Shown in pieces: positions 19,600-29,891 of a DNA stretch of 64,000 nt (positions are counted from its first letter, which is position 1; the number at the start of each line of letters is the position of its first letter). Source of the stretch: Hyphomicrobiales bacterium (GTDB lineage Bacteria; Pseudomonadota; Alphaproteobacteria; Rhizobiales; JANPGK01); NCBI GenBank assembly GCA_031423895.1, contig JANPGK010000008.1, positions 278 to 64,277 on the forward strand, given 5' to 3'. The translations under genes were made by a program, and so were the position numbers. Under the pieces are notes generated by a model. It saw only the letters and a list, made by a program, of their open reading frames with translations. It did no database searches and was not told where the DNA came from.

Positions 19600-21663
19600 A
19601 TGAGCACAGCTATGCGTAAAGAAATTGCGTCATTTTTCAAAGCCCGCGCCCTGAATATGGTGTCTGCGGCGGTTATTCTCATGGCAGTTGCAGGATGCAG
19701 CACCGAGAATATGCGCGTGAAACAGCCATTACTGAGTTCGAGCGATGGATATCGCCAAACCGCGCAACGCTCTGGCCCTGCGCCTGAAGCACACGCGTGG
19801 GACATCGCAAAAAACTACAATTATTCTAAAGGCCAAGCCGGTTTTGAAAATGCTTCAAGTTTTGGCAGCAGCAATCAGCAATATGCCTATCAAAAACCTA
19901 AAATGAACTCAAATTATGGTTCAAATGGCAATTTTGACGCCTATATGCCCAATTCTGATGTAACTGGTTCACTCGGCGGCGTCAATTCGCAATCACTTGG
20001 GTCGATCAACAATAGTGCACCTAGCAATTCGTGGCAAAATGCTGCGCCCGCCGCCGCCAGCACCTTGATGCGCCCTGCGCCGCGCCCACAATCTTCTAGC
20101 AGCAATGCATGGCAAACAGGTGCGCCCGCACAAAACGTGATGGGCAGCGCGGGTGCCGTGCAAGTACAGCAAGGCGATACGCTGATGAGCATATCGCGTC
20201 GCTACAATGTGCAGCCAGCGGACTTGCTGCGCGCTAATGGCCTGAGCAATGCCAGTGAAGTGCAGCCAGGCCAAATGTTGAATTTGCCGACCCAAAATTG
20301 GGGTGGTTCTGCATCAGCGGCGCCTTCAACAGGCAATGTGGTCCAAAAACTACAAAAGAATCTGCAAAAAAATGATGCCATTCAGTCGATTCAAGATGGC
20401 GCCTTGCAATTTCAAGACTCACCAAAAGCTTATCGCCCACCAGCCGTGAAATACGAGCCATGGAAGCGCTCTTCCTCTTTAAATCGCGTGCAATTGGTGC
20501 AACTGGCCGAAAATAACGCGGTGATGAGCGACGCTGCCCCCGTTGGGTTTGTGGGTGCAATTGCCCCACGCCCTTCTGGCCGCCCGCAAATGGCTGAAGC
20601 CGCAAAACCTATGCAATTGGCACAAGCTAGCCCAAGCTATGCGGTGCATGACGCCAAAGGCACCGAAAGCTATGCGGCTTTGGCCAAGCAATATGGCCTG
20701 AGCGCATCGGTTATTTCTCATGCCAATGGCGCAACACCCAGCACACAGATTGCTGCAGGGCAAAAAATTATAGTGCCTGGGCTTAATGCGCAGCAAATGC
20801 GTATGCTGCAGGCCTCAAGCGTGAGCAAACCAGCCAAACAGCAAGTGGCAATATCTACCAAAGCCGCAAATGATAATGATGTGGTGACAGGCAGCGTTGC
20901 TCAGCCACAAGCCGCAGCTGTTGAAGCTAAACCCGCGGCCAAAAAGACGGCCGTGCCAGCCCCAAAAAAAGCTACGGCGCAAAAGCCAGCCCCTAAAAAG
21001 GCGGCATCTATTAAAACAGAGACCGCAAAAGATGTTGTCACCAAATCAGCTACAAAAGCGGAGTCTAAAAAATCGGCAGTGATTGCAAAGCCAACACCAT
21101 CAAAATCCACGATTGCCAAAATGGCTACCAAAACTGTTGTCGCGTCGAGCGCCACTAAAGTGGCCAATGACAATGAACCGCTGCATACCAGCTCGGTGCC
21201 TGCAAGCGAAGCCGTAGCAAAACCAGCACCGACTGCGCCAAAAGTGGTTGGCGCCACCAGTATTTCGGATGAAACAGCCTCAAACCTCAAATTCCGCTGG
21301 CCTGTAAAAGGCCGTGTCGTTTCAGGCTTTGGCTCGAAGCTTTCGTCTGGCCAAAATGATGGCGTGAATATTGCCGTGCCCGAAGGCACTGCAGTGAAAG
21401 CCGCTGAAGATGGCATTGTGGCCTACACAGGCAACGAACTCAAAGGCTATGGCAATTTGGTGTTGATTAGCCATTCCGATGGATCTGTCACTGCCTACGC
21501 CCACAATAGCGAGATCCTCGTGAAAAAAGGTGAGAAAGTTTCGCGTGGCCAAAGCGTTGCCAAAGCGGGGCAAACTGGCTCGGTGAACCAACCGCAAGTG
21601 CATTTTGAAATTCGTAAAGGCTCAAAACCTGTTGACCCTATGAAATATTTGCCGAATGCGTGA
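19600..21663 (+). CDS. LysM-domain M23 family metallopeptidase lipoprotein (NlpD-like)
   Basis: Lipobox LMAVAGCS, two LysM units (VQVQQGDTLMSISRRYNV...; ...YAALAKQYGLSASVISHANG...) and a Lys/Ala/Pro-rich linker. The M23 core is GVNIAVPEGTAVKAAEDGIVAY...GNLVLISHSDGSVTAYAHNS. Confidence 0.85.
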   Translation: MSTAMRKEIASFFKARALNMVSAAVILMAVAGCSTENMRVKQPLLSSSDGYRQTAQRSGPAPEAHAWDIAKNYNYSKGQAGFENASSFGSSNQQYAYQKPKMNSNYGSNGNFDAYMPNSDVTGSLGGVNSQSLGSINNSAPSNSWQNAAPAAASTLMRPAPRPQSSSSNAWQTGAPAQNVMGSAGAVQVQQGDTLMSISRRYNVQPADLLRANGLSNASEVQPGQMLNLPTQNWGGSASAAPSTGNVVQKLQKNLQKNDAIQSIQDGALQFQDSPKAYRPPAVKYEPWKRSSSLNRVQLVQLAENNAVMSDAAPVGFVGAIAPRPSGRPQMAEAAKPMQLAQASPSYAVHDAKGTESYAALAKQYGLSASVISHANGATPSTQIAAGQKIIVPGLNAQQMRMLQASSVSKPAKQQVAISTKAANDNDVVTGSVAQPQAAAVEAKPAAKKTAVPAPKKATAQKPAPKKAASIKTETAKDVVTKSATKAESKKSAVIAKPTPSKSTIAKMATKTVVASSATKVANDNEPLHTSSVPASEAVAKPAPTAPKVVGATSISDETASNLKFRWPVKGRVVSGFGSKLSSGQNDGVNIAVPEGTAVKAAEDGIVAYTGNELKGYGNLVLISHSDGSVTAYAHNSEILVKKGEKVSRGQSVAKAGQTGSVNQPQVHFEIRKGSKPVDPMKYLPNA

Positions 21664-21681
21664 GGTTTGCACATAATCATG

Positions 21682-21709
21682 AAAAAGGCGTCATATTGGC
21701 GCTTTTTTT
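21682..21709. terminator. candidate bidirectional rho-independent terminator between the convergent M23 peptidase gene and acs
   Basis: AAAAAGGCGTCAtatTGGCGCTTTTTTT: an 8-bp stem (with G-U pairs) flanked by A and T runs. Confidence 0.5.
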
Positions 21710-21710
21710 A

Positions 21711-23669
21711 TCACCCCTTATTCGCCCTGTTTTCCACCAAATCCTTCACCACATTTGGGTCGGCTAAGGTAGACGTATCGCCCAAGTTGCTGAAGTCGTT
21801 CTCGGCAATTTTGCGCAATATGCGGCGCATAATTTTTCCAGAGCGGGTTTTGGGCAAGCCTGGCGCGAATTGGATCAGGTCGGGTGCGGCTATAGGGCCA
21901 ATTTCCTTGCGCACATGCGCCACGAGTTCCTTACGCAGCTCCTCAGATGATGTTTCACCCTGCATCAGCGTGACATAGGCATAAATGCCTTGCCCTTTGA
22001 TCGCGTGCGGATAGCCCACCACTGCGGCTTCTGACACTTTCCCATGCGACACAAGCGCCGATTCAACTTCCGCAGTGCCCATGCGGTGGCCAGACACATT
22101 GATTACGTCATCCACGCGCCCTGTGATCCAATAATCGCCGTCTTTATCGCGTTTACAGCCATCCCCCGTGAAATATTTGCCGGGGTAGGTGGTGAAATAG
22201 GTTTGGATAAACCGCTCGTGGTCACCATATACGGTGCGCATTTGCCCCGGCCAGCTATCAGTGAGGCACAAGCCACCTTCACATTCACCTTTAAGTACTT
22301 TGCCTTTATCATTCACAATTTCAGGTTTCACGCCAAAAAATGGTTTGGCAGCCGCACCAGGCTTTAGCGTATGGGCACCAGGTAGTGGGGTCATCAAAGT
22401 TGCGCCCGTTTCCGTTTGCCACCATGTATCTACAATGTGGCAGCGCTTTTCACCCACCACATTATAATACCACTCCCATGCTTCAGGGTTGATCGGCTCA
22501 CCCACGCTGCCTAAAATCCGCAAGCTTTTGCGCGAGGTGCGCTTCACTGGCTCATCACCCGCGCCCATGAGAGAACGCAATGCGGTGGGTGCAGTATAGA
22601 AAATGGTGACTTTCCATTTGTCCACTACATCCCAAAAGCGCGAAATGCTAGGGTAGTTCGGCACGCCTTCAAACATCAACACTGTGGCGCCATTGGCCAG
22701 TGGGCCATACACCACATAGGTGTGGCCTGTGACCCAGCCCACATCGGCCGTGCACCAGAAAATATCGTTCTCGCGCAGGTCAAACACTTGCTCATGCGTG
22801 TAAGACGCATAGACCAAATAGCCGCCCGATGTATGCAGCACGCCCTTTGGTTTGCCGGTCGAGCCTGACGTGTAGAGAATAAATAGTGGGTGCTCCGCTT
22901 CCACTTCAACAGCGGCGCATCGGGCTTTGGCGCGGCTCATGAGCTTGTCATACCAAAAATCGCGCCCCTTTTTCATTTTTACCTTATTGCCAGTGCGCTT
23001 CACCACTACCACGCTGGTAATTGTGGGGCATTTGGCAACAGCAATATCGGCATTTGCTTTGAGCGGCACAGGTTTGCCGCCGCGCAGGCCTTCATCGGCG
23101 GTGATGAGCAAGGTGGATCCACAATCTTGAATGCGCCCCGCGAGTGCATCGGGGCTGAAACCGCCAAACACCACCGAATGCACAGCGCCAATGCGCGCGC
23201 AAGCCAACATCGCCACCGCCGCTTCAGGGATCATCGGCAGGTAAATTGTAACCCTATCACCCTTTTTCACGCCTTGCTTTAGCAGCACATTGGCGAATTT
23301 ATTCACATCCTTGTGCAACTCTTTATAGGTAATTGTGCGGCTTTCGGCGGGATTATCCCCCTCCCAAATGATCGCAATTTTATCGCCCTGTTTGCGCAAA
23401 TGCCTGTCCAAACAATTTGCAGATACATTCAATGTGCCATCTTCATACCATTTAATGCGGAAATCCTCCACATTGAACGAGGTATCTTTCACAATGGTGT
23501 AGGGTTTGATCCATTTCAGGCGCTTGCCAATTTTGCCCCAAAATTTGGCGGGGTCTTTGACCGATTTTTTATAATCGCGTACGTAGCTTTCCGCTGAAAC
23601 GCGCGCCCCAGCCGCCCAGTGTGGTTTAATATCATGTTCGTGTGGATTAAAGGATTGATGTTCACTCAT
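21711..23669 (-). CDS. acs: acetate--CoA ligase (acetyl-CoA synthetase)
   Basis: 652 aa. [33 protein letters not shown] and the C-terminal [17 protein letters not shown]. Confidence 0.95.
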   Translation of the reverse strand: MSEHQSFNPHEHDIKPHWAAGARVSAESYVRDYKKSVKDPAKFWGKIGKRLKWIKPYTIVKDTSFNVEDFRIKWYEDGTLNVSANCLDRHLRKQGDKIAIIWEGDNPAESRTITYKELHKDVNKFANVLLKQGVKKGDRVTIYLPMIPEAAVAMLACARIGAVHSVVFGGFSPDALAGRIQDCGSTLLITADEGLRGGKPVPLKANADIAVAKCPTITSVVVVKRTGNKVKMKKGRDFWYDKLMSRAKARCAAVEVEAEHPLFILYTSGSTGKPKGVLHTSGGYLVYASYTHEQVFDLRENDIFWCTADVGWVTGHTYVVYGPLANGATVLMFEGVPNYPSISRFWDVVDKWKVTIFYTAPTALRSLMGAGDEPVKRTSRKSLRILGSVGEPINPEAWEWYYNVVGEKRCHIVDTWWQTETGATLMTPLPGAHTLKPGAAAKPFFGVKPEIVNDKGKVLKGECEGGLCLTDSWPGQMRTVYGDHERFIQTYFTTYPGKYFTGDGCKRDKDGDYWITGRVDDVINVSGHRMGTAEVESALVSHGKVSEAAVVGYPHAIKGQGIYAYVTLMQGETSSEELRKELVAHVRKEIGPIAAPDLIQFAPGLPKTRSGKIMRRILRKIAENDFSNLGDTSTLADPNVVKDLVENRANKG

Positions 23670-23886
23670 GTTTCGCTCCCATTTTTTATTTTTTCTTATT
23701 ATGGATATGAATATGCATAATCTTCAAGTGTTTTTATGCGGTGTGGTCGAATATCTCTCAATATTGTATCAACACTCTGTATCAATTGGTGCGCCGCACA
23801 TTTGTTTGGATACTGACGAAAATCCAATAGCGAACGACTATATTTTATGTCAGGTTTGAATATATCCATCTGTAAGGAATCGTGCC

Positions 23887-25458
23887 ATGGCTGAAATTGC
23901 AATTCAACGCAGTAAAAACCCTCGTATTCAGGAGCTTCTCACGCCTGAAGCGGTGCGGTTTGTGGCCGAGTTGCATGGCTTATTCGAACCAGCCCGCCGC
24001 ACACTGATGGAGCTGCGCGCCACGCGTCAGCGCTTTTTCAATGAGGGCGGCCTGCCCGATTTTCTGCCTGAAACCAAGGACGTACGCGATGGTAGCTGGG
24101 TTGTGGCGCCTATCCCCGCCGATTTGCAAAATCGCCGTGTGGAGATTACAGGGCCGGTTGACCGCAAAATGATGATTAATGCGCTCAATTGCGGCGCCAA
24201 TTGCTTCATGGCCGATTTTGAGGATTCCCTCGCCCCCACATGGGAAAATGTGATTGATGGCCAGCTGAATGTGAAGGATCGTTGGGGCGGCACACTCGAA
24301 ATTAAGGACGGCACGGGCAAGCATTATAAGCTCAATAAAGACCTTGCCACGCTCATATTGCGCCCACGCGGCTGGCATTTGATGGAGCGGCATTTTCGGG
24401 TGGATGGCCAGCCAGTGGCGGGGGCATTGGTGGATTTTGGCCTGAGCTTTTTCCACAATGCCAAGGCGCAAATTGCCCAAGGTACGGGTCCTTATTATTA
24501 CCTGCCGAAAACTGAAAATCACATTGAGGCGCGTTTATGGAACGAAGTGTTCATCCATGCGCAAAAGGTGCTAGAGCTGCCAATTGGCACTATTAAAGCC
24601 ACAGTATTGATCGAAACGCTGCCTGCCGCATTCGAGATGGATGAAATTCTATATGAACTCAAAGATCACATCGCAGGGCTGAATTGTGGGCGGTGGGATT
24701 ATATTTTTTCCTTCATCAAAACCCTCAGCGGCCATAAGGACTTTATCTTGCCTGATCGCGCACAAGTAGTTATGGGCAAAGACTTTTTGCGCGCCTATTC
24801 GCTGCTGCTTATACAAACCTGTCACAAGCGCGGGGCATTTGCTATGGGTGGCATGTCGGCCTTTATCCCCGTGAAAAATGATGAAGCCGCCAATGCGAAA
24901 GCGTTTACCAATGTGAAGGCCGATAAAACCCGCGAAGCCACTGATGGGCACGATGGCACATGGGTGGCGCACCCCGATTTAGTGCCCGTGGCCAAAGCAG
25001 TGTTTGATGAGTTGATGCCAACACCCAACCAGGTGCATAAGCTCAAACGCGAATTGGTGACCAAACAGGCGGATTTACTCAAGGTGCATGATGGCACCCG
25101 CACCGAGCACGGCTTGCGCGAGAATATCCGCGTGGGCGTGCAATATATCGAGGCGTGGCTGCGTGGGCGCGGCGCTGTGCCGCTGTATAATTTAATGGAA
25201 GATGCCGCCACCGCAGAGATTTGCCGCACGCAAATTTGGCAATGGTTGCGCTATGGCGCGCAATTAGAGGATGGCCGCGTGATCGATAAGCAATTGGTGG
25301 ATGCGCTCATTGCCGATGAAATGAATATTTTGCACACCACATTGGGCGACACCTTCACCAAGGGGCGGTTTAAGGATGCGTTGGGGCTGTTTAACGCCCT
25401 CATTTACGCGCCGCAATGTGAGGCATTTCTCACATCGCGGGCGTATGGAATGATATGA
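23887..25458 (+). CDS. aceB: malate synthase A
   Basis: RRVEITGPVDRKMMINALNCGANCFMADFEDSLAPTWENVIDGQ and GLNCGRWDYIFSFIKTL align with E. coli AceB. 523 aa. Confidence 0.95.
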   Translation: MAEIAIQRSKNPRIQELLTPEAVRFVAELHGLFEPARRTLMELRATRQRFFNEGGLPDFLPETKDVRDGSWVVAPIPADLQNRRVEITGPVDRKMMINALNCGANCFMADFEDSLAPTWENVIDGQLNVKDRWGGTLEIKDGTGKHYKLNKDLATLILRPRGWHLMERHFRVDGQPVAGALVDFGLSFFHNAKAQIAQGTGPYYYLPKTENHIEARLWNEVFIHAQKVLELPIGTIKATVLIETLPAAFEMDEILYELKDHIAGLNCGRWDYIFSFIKTLSGHKDFILPDRAQVVMGKDFLRAYSLLLIQTCHKRGAFAMGGMSAFIPVKNDEAANAKAFTNVKADKTREATDGHDGTWVAHPDLVPVAKAVFDELMPTPNQVHKLKRELVTKQADLLKVHDGTRTEHGLRENIRVGVQYIEAWLRGRGAVPLYNLMEDAATAEICRTQIWQWLRYGAQLEDGRVIDKQLVDALIADEMNILHTTLGDTFTKGRFKDALGLFNALIYAPQCEAFLTSRAYGMI

Positions 25459-25528
25459 AAATATCCAGTAGTTATACATAACACCAAGAGACTCCTTTAT
25501 TTTTCAACGCTATATGCTTTATTTTGAT

Positions 25529-25551
25529 ACAGTTATTGTCATAATAACTGT
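25529..25551. promoter_or_regulatory. perfect 9-5-9 palindrome ACAGTTATT-GTCAT-AATAACTGT upstream of the GGDEF-EAL gene
   Basis: Seen directly in the sequence. It lies 70 nt after the aceB stop and about 100 nt before the 25654 start. It could be an operator or an AT-rich hairpin. Confidence 0.3.
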
Positions 25552-25653
25552 GAATCACCGCAATTTTTGGAATTTTAATCGCAAAATTTTATTGTTTTTT
25601 TATAGGAACACTTCACACTGATGCGAAGAAATACGGATACGAGGGGGTAACGT

Positions 25654-27423
25654 ATGTCAGAATTAGCAGCACCTTATTCGCAAATAGGTGAAGACCTTTC
25701 CAGCACAATGAAGCTGAGATTGGGGGAATGTCCAGTTTTAGATTCAATCTGCGCGGTGGAATATCGTTGGGATTTAGAAACTGACGACATGCAAATTGCC
25801 GGCGATTTTAATGGCATTTTCCAAGAAACTGCGCCAAATATTCACACGGGAAGCCAATTTTCGGAGTTGCTCACAGTCGATAGTGCCGCATTGTTTCATC
25901 GCATTCGTACCGAGGTGGTGGAAAGCTATGCCAATGCGTCCACGCCTATCACGCATGTATATTGCGCTTATCCTGATGGCCATCGCCAAGCAGGGCGTGT
26001 GTGGTTTGAAAATATTGGCCGCATTTTTCGAACAGAAAATGGCCGCCCACTCATGGCCACTGGCATTGTGCGTGTGCTCTATGCAAAGCGCGTTGGCGGC
26101 AGTTCTGGCTTGGCGATTAACGACATGCAGGAACATTTGATGGGGCCTCTTGGGCGCCGCATGTTCATGGATCTGCTCAGTGATAGCCTTGAAGATGCCA
26201 AGCAAACCAATAAACCTGTTGCCGTTCTCATGGCGACTTTGGCCAATTTAGATGACATTAATAGTCAATATGGGTTCGATGCCGCCGATGAGGTGATTGA
26301 AGCTGTAATTTTAAACTTACGCAATATGATGCGCAAACGCGATTATATCGGCCGCATTTCTGGCGCGCGCATTGCGTTGGTGCTGCATAGTTGTGACGAA
26401 AAAGCGGTGCAGGTTGCTTTCGAGCGGTTTTCAAGCAATATTGCAAAAACCAAATTTGTCAGTGAAGGCAATAACATCGAAACGCAGCTGTGCTGTGGGT
26501 GCATCATTGCGCCGCAACTTGCAGCAACTGTACAAAACGCGCTTGAACGCGCTAAGCACGCCTTGGAAGATGCAAAATTGCCAGTGAATAAAGGTTTTGC
26601 AATTTATACCGCCAGCCTTGAACGTACAGTGTCTGTTCAAAAATCGAAAGAAGCCAGTGAAACATTAATTTCAGCATTGAACGAACGGCGCATTGAGCTG
26701 GCTTATCAGCCGGTACTTAATGGAAACGGTGCAGGCGTTTGGTTTTATGAGGCGTTGGTGCGACTGCGAGATAAAGAAGGTCGGTTAGTCACGGCAGGCG
26801 CTTTTGTGCCCGCAGCTGAGAAATTGGGGCTTATGCCGCTCATCGATCATCGTGTGTTAGAAATGGCGCTGCTCACACTTGATCAACACCCCGATATTAT
26901 GTTGTCGATCAATATAACACCTTCCACCACCAGCTCACTGGAATGGATGGCCACGTTAAAATCGGCACATCAAAATAATCCTAAGCTATTGAACCGTTTG
27001 ATAGTGGAGCTCACAGAAAGCGCCGTGGTTGATAATCTGGAGTGGTGTAAAGCATTTCTCACTGAGGTCAAAGCATTGGGGTGTCTTGCTGCGATTGATG
27101 ATTTTGGCGCGGGCTATACCTCATTTCGATATTTGCGCGCGTTCGATGTCGATATAGTGAAAATTGATGGGGGGTATATTATGAACCTCTCCAACAGCGC
27201 CGACGATCAAGCCTTTGTCAAAACATTGGTGACACTCTCAAAAAGCCTCGATTTAAAAACGGTGGCAGAGTGGGTTGTGAACGCGCAAGATGCAGCGTTA
27301 TTGCGCGACTGGGGCGTAGATGGCTTGCAGGGAGAATTTGTCTCTATGCCTGTGTCGAGCATTCAAGACGCCCTTCATGCTGTACTAGGGCAGGGGCATA
27401 CACCGAAAGTGGTGAATTGGTAA
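25654..27423 (+). CDS. PAS-like / degenerate GGDEF / EAL domain c-di-GMP phosphodiesterase-type protein
   Basis: The GGDEF position reads RISGARIALVL (no GG[DE]EF). The EAL domain is intact: YQPV...FYEALVRLRD, ELTESAV, DDFGAGYTSFRYL, KIDGGY, QGEF. Confidence 0.85.
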   Translation: MSELAAPYSQIGEDLSSTMKLRLGECPVLDSICAVEYRWDLETDDMQIAGDFNGIFQETAPNIHTGSQFSELLTVDSAALFHRIRTEVVESYANASTPITHVYCAYPDGHRQAGRVWFENIGRIFRTENGRPLMATGIVRVLYAKRVGGSSGLAINDMQEHLMGPLGRRMFMDLLSDSLEDAKQTNKPVAVLMATLANLDDINSQYGFDAADEVIEAVILNLRNMMRKRDYIGRISGARIALVLHSCDEKAVQVAFERFSSNIAKTKFVSEGNNIETQLCCGCIIAPQLAATVQNALERAKHALEDAKLPVNKGFAIYTASLERTVSVQKSKEASETLISALNERRIELAYQPVLNGNGAGVWFYEALVRLRDKEGRLVTAGAFVPAAEKLGLMPLIDHRVLEMALLTLDQHPDIMLSINITPSTTSSLEWMATLKSAHQNNPKLLNRLIVELTESAVVDNLEWCKAFLTEVKALGCLAAIDDFGAGYTSFRYLRAFDVDIVKIDGGYIMNLSNSADDQAFVKTLVTLSKSLDLKTVAEWVVNAQDAALLRDWGVDGLQGEFVSMPVSSIQDALHAVLGQGHTPKVVNW

Positions 27424-27445
27424 TCCATACCCTTACACATTGCAC

Positions 27446-27480
27446 AAAAAAAGCGCTCAGATATTCTAAGCGCTTTTTTT
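27446..27480. terminator. bidirectional rho-independent terminator (GGDEF-EAL gene / rpmE convergent)
   Basis: AAAAAAAGCGCT-cagatattcta-AGCGCTTTTTTT. Confidence 0.75.
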
Positions 27481-27498
27481 GTCGTTTCAATTGCGAAA

Positions 27499-27732
27499 TT
27501 ATGCGGTTGTTGCGTCTGTTTGCAAAAAGCCAAATTTGTTGTTGAATTTCGATACGCGACCACGTTTCGATATTTTTTGCTCGCCACCTGTCCATGCGGG
27601 GTGAGAGTTAGGGTCAATATCCAATTGTAGGCGCGCACCAGGCTTGCCATAGGTCGAGCGGGTTATAAATTCTGTACCATCGGTCATTACAACTGTAATC
27701 TCATGATATGCTGGGTGGCCTTCTTGTTTCAT
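27499..27732 (-). CDS. rpmE: 50S ribosomal protein L31
   Basis: [22 protein letters not shown]...[16 protein letters not shown]...RVSKFNNKF. Confidence 0.9.
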   Translation of the reverse strand: MKQEGHPAYHEITVVMTDGTEFITRSTYGKPGARLQLDIDPNSHPAWTGGEQKISKRGRVSKFNNKFGFLQTDATTA

Positions 27733-27827
27733 TGTATTGCCTTTTTGAGTCTAGGCTGCACTGTTGCACAGCAAAATAGATTGATTGCAGCTGCATATCG
27801 TTTTTTGCCTGCAGTGGCAAGCCTTAT

Positions 27828-28307
27828 TTATGGGTTTAAAATCACAATGCCCGCATTGAGCGTGAGTGCAAAGCACACCCAGGCCAAATAGGGCAATAAT
27901 AAATTGGCGGCCACGGCATCATGCATGCGAAATGCGCGATAATTGCGATAAATGGCATAGATGAGTGGCAACATCACGATCAAGGCCAATTGCGGGCTGC
28001 GTAAACCGAAAAACGCCACGCTCCACAGTAAGTTCAGCTGCAATTGATACCAAAACCACCCCAAACTGCGCCAGCTGGGGCGGGTCACACGCCACACGCG
28101 GCACGCAGCCACCGTCATCAAAATGTAGAGTATTGTCCACACTGGGGCAAACACCCAATTTGGTGGGTTATGAGGCGGTTTCACAAGGGTTTGATACCAT
28201 GTGCTCACCGAGCTGGCTGTAGCCAAACCGCCAATAATTTGCACGAGAATCACCGCAACGATTATGGCGGTGTAACCAAGCCAATTGGGTATGCGGCGCG
28301 CACTCAC
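27828..28307 (-). CDS. tspO: TspO/MBR family tryptophan-rich sensory protein
   Basis: WYQTLVKPPHNPPNWVFAPVWTILYILM, five TM helices and 159 aa. Confidence 0.85.
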   Translation of the reverse strand: MSARRIPNWLGYTAIIVAVILVQIIGGLATASSVSTWYQTLVKPPHNPPNWVFAPVWTILYILMTVAACRVWRVTRPSWRSLGWFWYQLQLNLLWSVAFFGLRSPQLALIVMLPLIYAIYRNYRAFRMHDAVAANLLLPYLAWVCFALTLNAGIVILNP

Positions 28308-29086
28308 TTGAGCAATTCCATCATTTGTTTGTGAATATATTCATTGCCGCCCACAATATTGCCCGTTTCCAGCATGGTGGGTTTGCCGTCGATATCGGAA
28401 ATAAATCCGCCCGCCTCACGGATTAGCACCATGCCAGCGGCGATGTCCCATGGCGCTAGGCCACGCTCCCAAAAGCCGTCAAATCGGCCAGCGGCCACAT
28501 AGGCCAAATCGAGCGCTGCAGCGCCAAAACGGCGCACACCCGCCACATTGCTCATCACGCGTTCAAGCTCTTGCAAATATAGTGCATGCTGGCCACGCGC
28601 GCGGTGGGGGATGCCTGTGCCGATCACGCATTCCATCAAATCGCGGCGGGCTGCCACGCGCAGGCGGCGTTCATTACAAAACGCGCCAAGGCCTTTTTCG
28701 GCCACAAATAGCTCATTCATCACGGGGTTATATACCACGCCCGCCACCAGTTGGCCTTCACGCTCGAGCGCAATTGAAATGGCAAAGAACGGAATTGAAT
28801 GCAGGAAATTGGTGGTGCCATCCAGCGGGTCGATAATCCAGCGGTGGGAAGGGTCGGTGCCTTCAATCACGCCGCCTTCTTCATTCAAAAAGCCATAGCC
28901 AGGGCGCGCTTTTGAAAGCGCCTCCACCAAAATTTCTTCCGAACGCTTATCAGCGGCGCTCACGAAATCGGCCGGGCCTTTCATCGAAACTTGCAAATGC
29001 TCCACCTCACCAAAATCGCGCGTAAGGCTTTTGCCGGCTTTAATGGCGGCGGCGGTCATCACATTCATCAAAGCAGTGCGGATCAT
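28304..29086 (-). CDS. suhB: inositol monophosphatase family protein (SuhB-like)
   Basis: WIIDPLDGTTNFLHSIPFFAISIAL motif. The start was moved to MIRTALMNVM (ATG at 29086), because the upstream 41 codons of the track ORF are a read-through of repeat element B1. Confidence 0.85.
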   Translation of the reverse strand: MIRTALMNVMTAAAIKAGKSLTRDFGEVEHLQVSMKGPADFVSAADKRSEEILVEALSKARPGYGFLNEEGGVIEGTDPSHRWIIDPLDGTTNFLHSIPFFAISIALEREGQLVAGVVYNPVMNELFVAEKGLGAFCNERRLRVAARRDLMECVIGTGIPHRARGQHALYLQELERVMSNVAGVRRFGAAALDLAYVAAGRFDGFWERGLAPWDIAAGMVLIREAGGFISDIDGKPTMLETGNIVGGNEYIHKQMMELLK

Positions 29087-29107
29087 TGGGTGTTCCTTTG
29101 GGTTTGA

Positions 29108-29220
29108 CTTCCCCTCTCCCCTTGCGGGAGAGGGTGCCTCGAAGAGGTGGGTGAGGGGGATTCTTAAATTTTCACCCTCATCCGGCCTGCGGCCACCTTC
29201 TCCCGTCAAGGGAGAAGGAT
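29108..29220. repeat. triple-hairpin MITE/REP-like element, family B copy 1 (degenerate), between efp and suhB
   Basis: Contains CCCCTCTCCCCTTGCGGGAGAGGG, a decayed GGGTGAGGG...CACCCTCATCC middle hairpin, and CCTTCTCCCGTCAAGGGAGAAGG. Homologous to 49210-49327. Confidence 0.8.
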
Positions 29221-29227
29221 TTCTTAC

Positions 29228-29791
29228 TCAATCCGCTCTACGCACATACGTAATTTCGGTAGTATCCACCACTATGCGTTCGCCAGCGCCAATAAATGGC
29301 GGCACCATAACGCGCAGGCCATTGTCCATAATGGCGGGTTTGTAGGAGGATGAAGCGGTTTGGCCTTTCACCACAGCGTCGGCTTCCACAATGGTGAGGG
29401 TGATATAATCGGGCAATTTAAAGCCAATCGGCTTGTCTTCATGCATTTCAACGGTCACCAGCATGCCGTCTTGCAGGAATGCGGCGCGATCTCCCACAAA
29501 ATCCTTCGGCAATTCCAACTGCTCATACGTATCCGTATCCATGAACACCAAGGCATCCTCTTGCGCATATAAAAATGTGAAATCTTTTTGCTCAAGGCGC
29601 ACGCGCTCTACTTTATCCTCAGAGCGGAAGCGTTCATTCAGCTTGCGGCCATCGAGCAGGTTTTTTAGCTCCACCTGAGCAAATGCACCACCCTTGCCTG
29701 GCTTTACATGCTGAGTTTTCACCACAGCCCATAAGCTGTTTTGATATTCCAGCACATTGCCGATCCGAATTTCATTTGCGCCAATTTTCAT
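29228..29791 (-). CDS. efp: elongation factor P
   Basis: [45 protein letters not shown]..., 187 aa. Confidence 0.95.
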   Translation of the reverse strand: MKIGANEIRIGNVLEYQNSLWAVVKTQHVKPGKGGAFAQVELKNLLDGRKLNERFRSEDKVERVRLEQKDFTFLYAQEDALVFMDTDTYEQLELPKDFVGDRAAFLQDGMLVTVEMHEDKPIGFKLPDYITLTIVEADAVVKGQTASSSYKPAIMDNGLRVMVPPFIGAGERIVVDTTEITYVRRAD

Positions 29792-29891
29792 GCGTGAGCT
29801 CCCGTGTATAAATTTATATTGCGCCCTCTATGCAGGGATTTTGTTGCAAAAAGCAAGTGTTAGTTCACGTAATGATGAATGCTGCACATGG

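Noticed and set aside
20901-21416. 171-aa minus-strand ORF inside the LysM/M23 peptidase gene
   Set aside because: It is antisense to the Ala/Lys/Pro-rich linker of the peptidase. The product is low-complexity and has no independent support.
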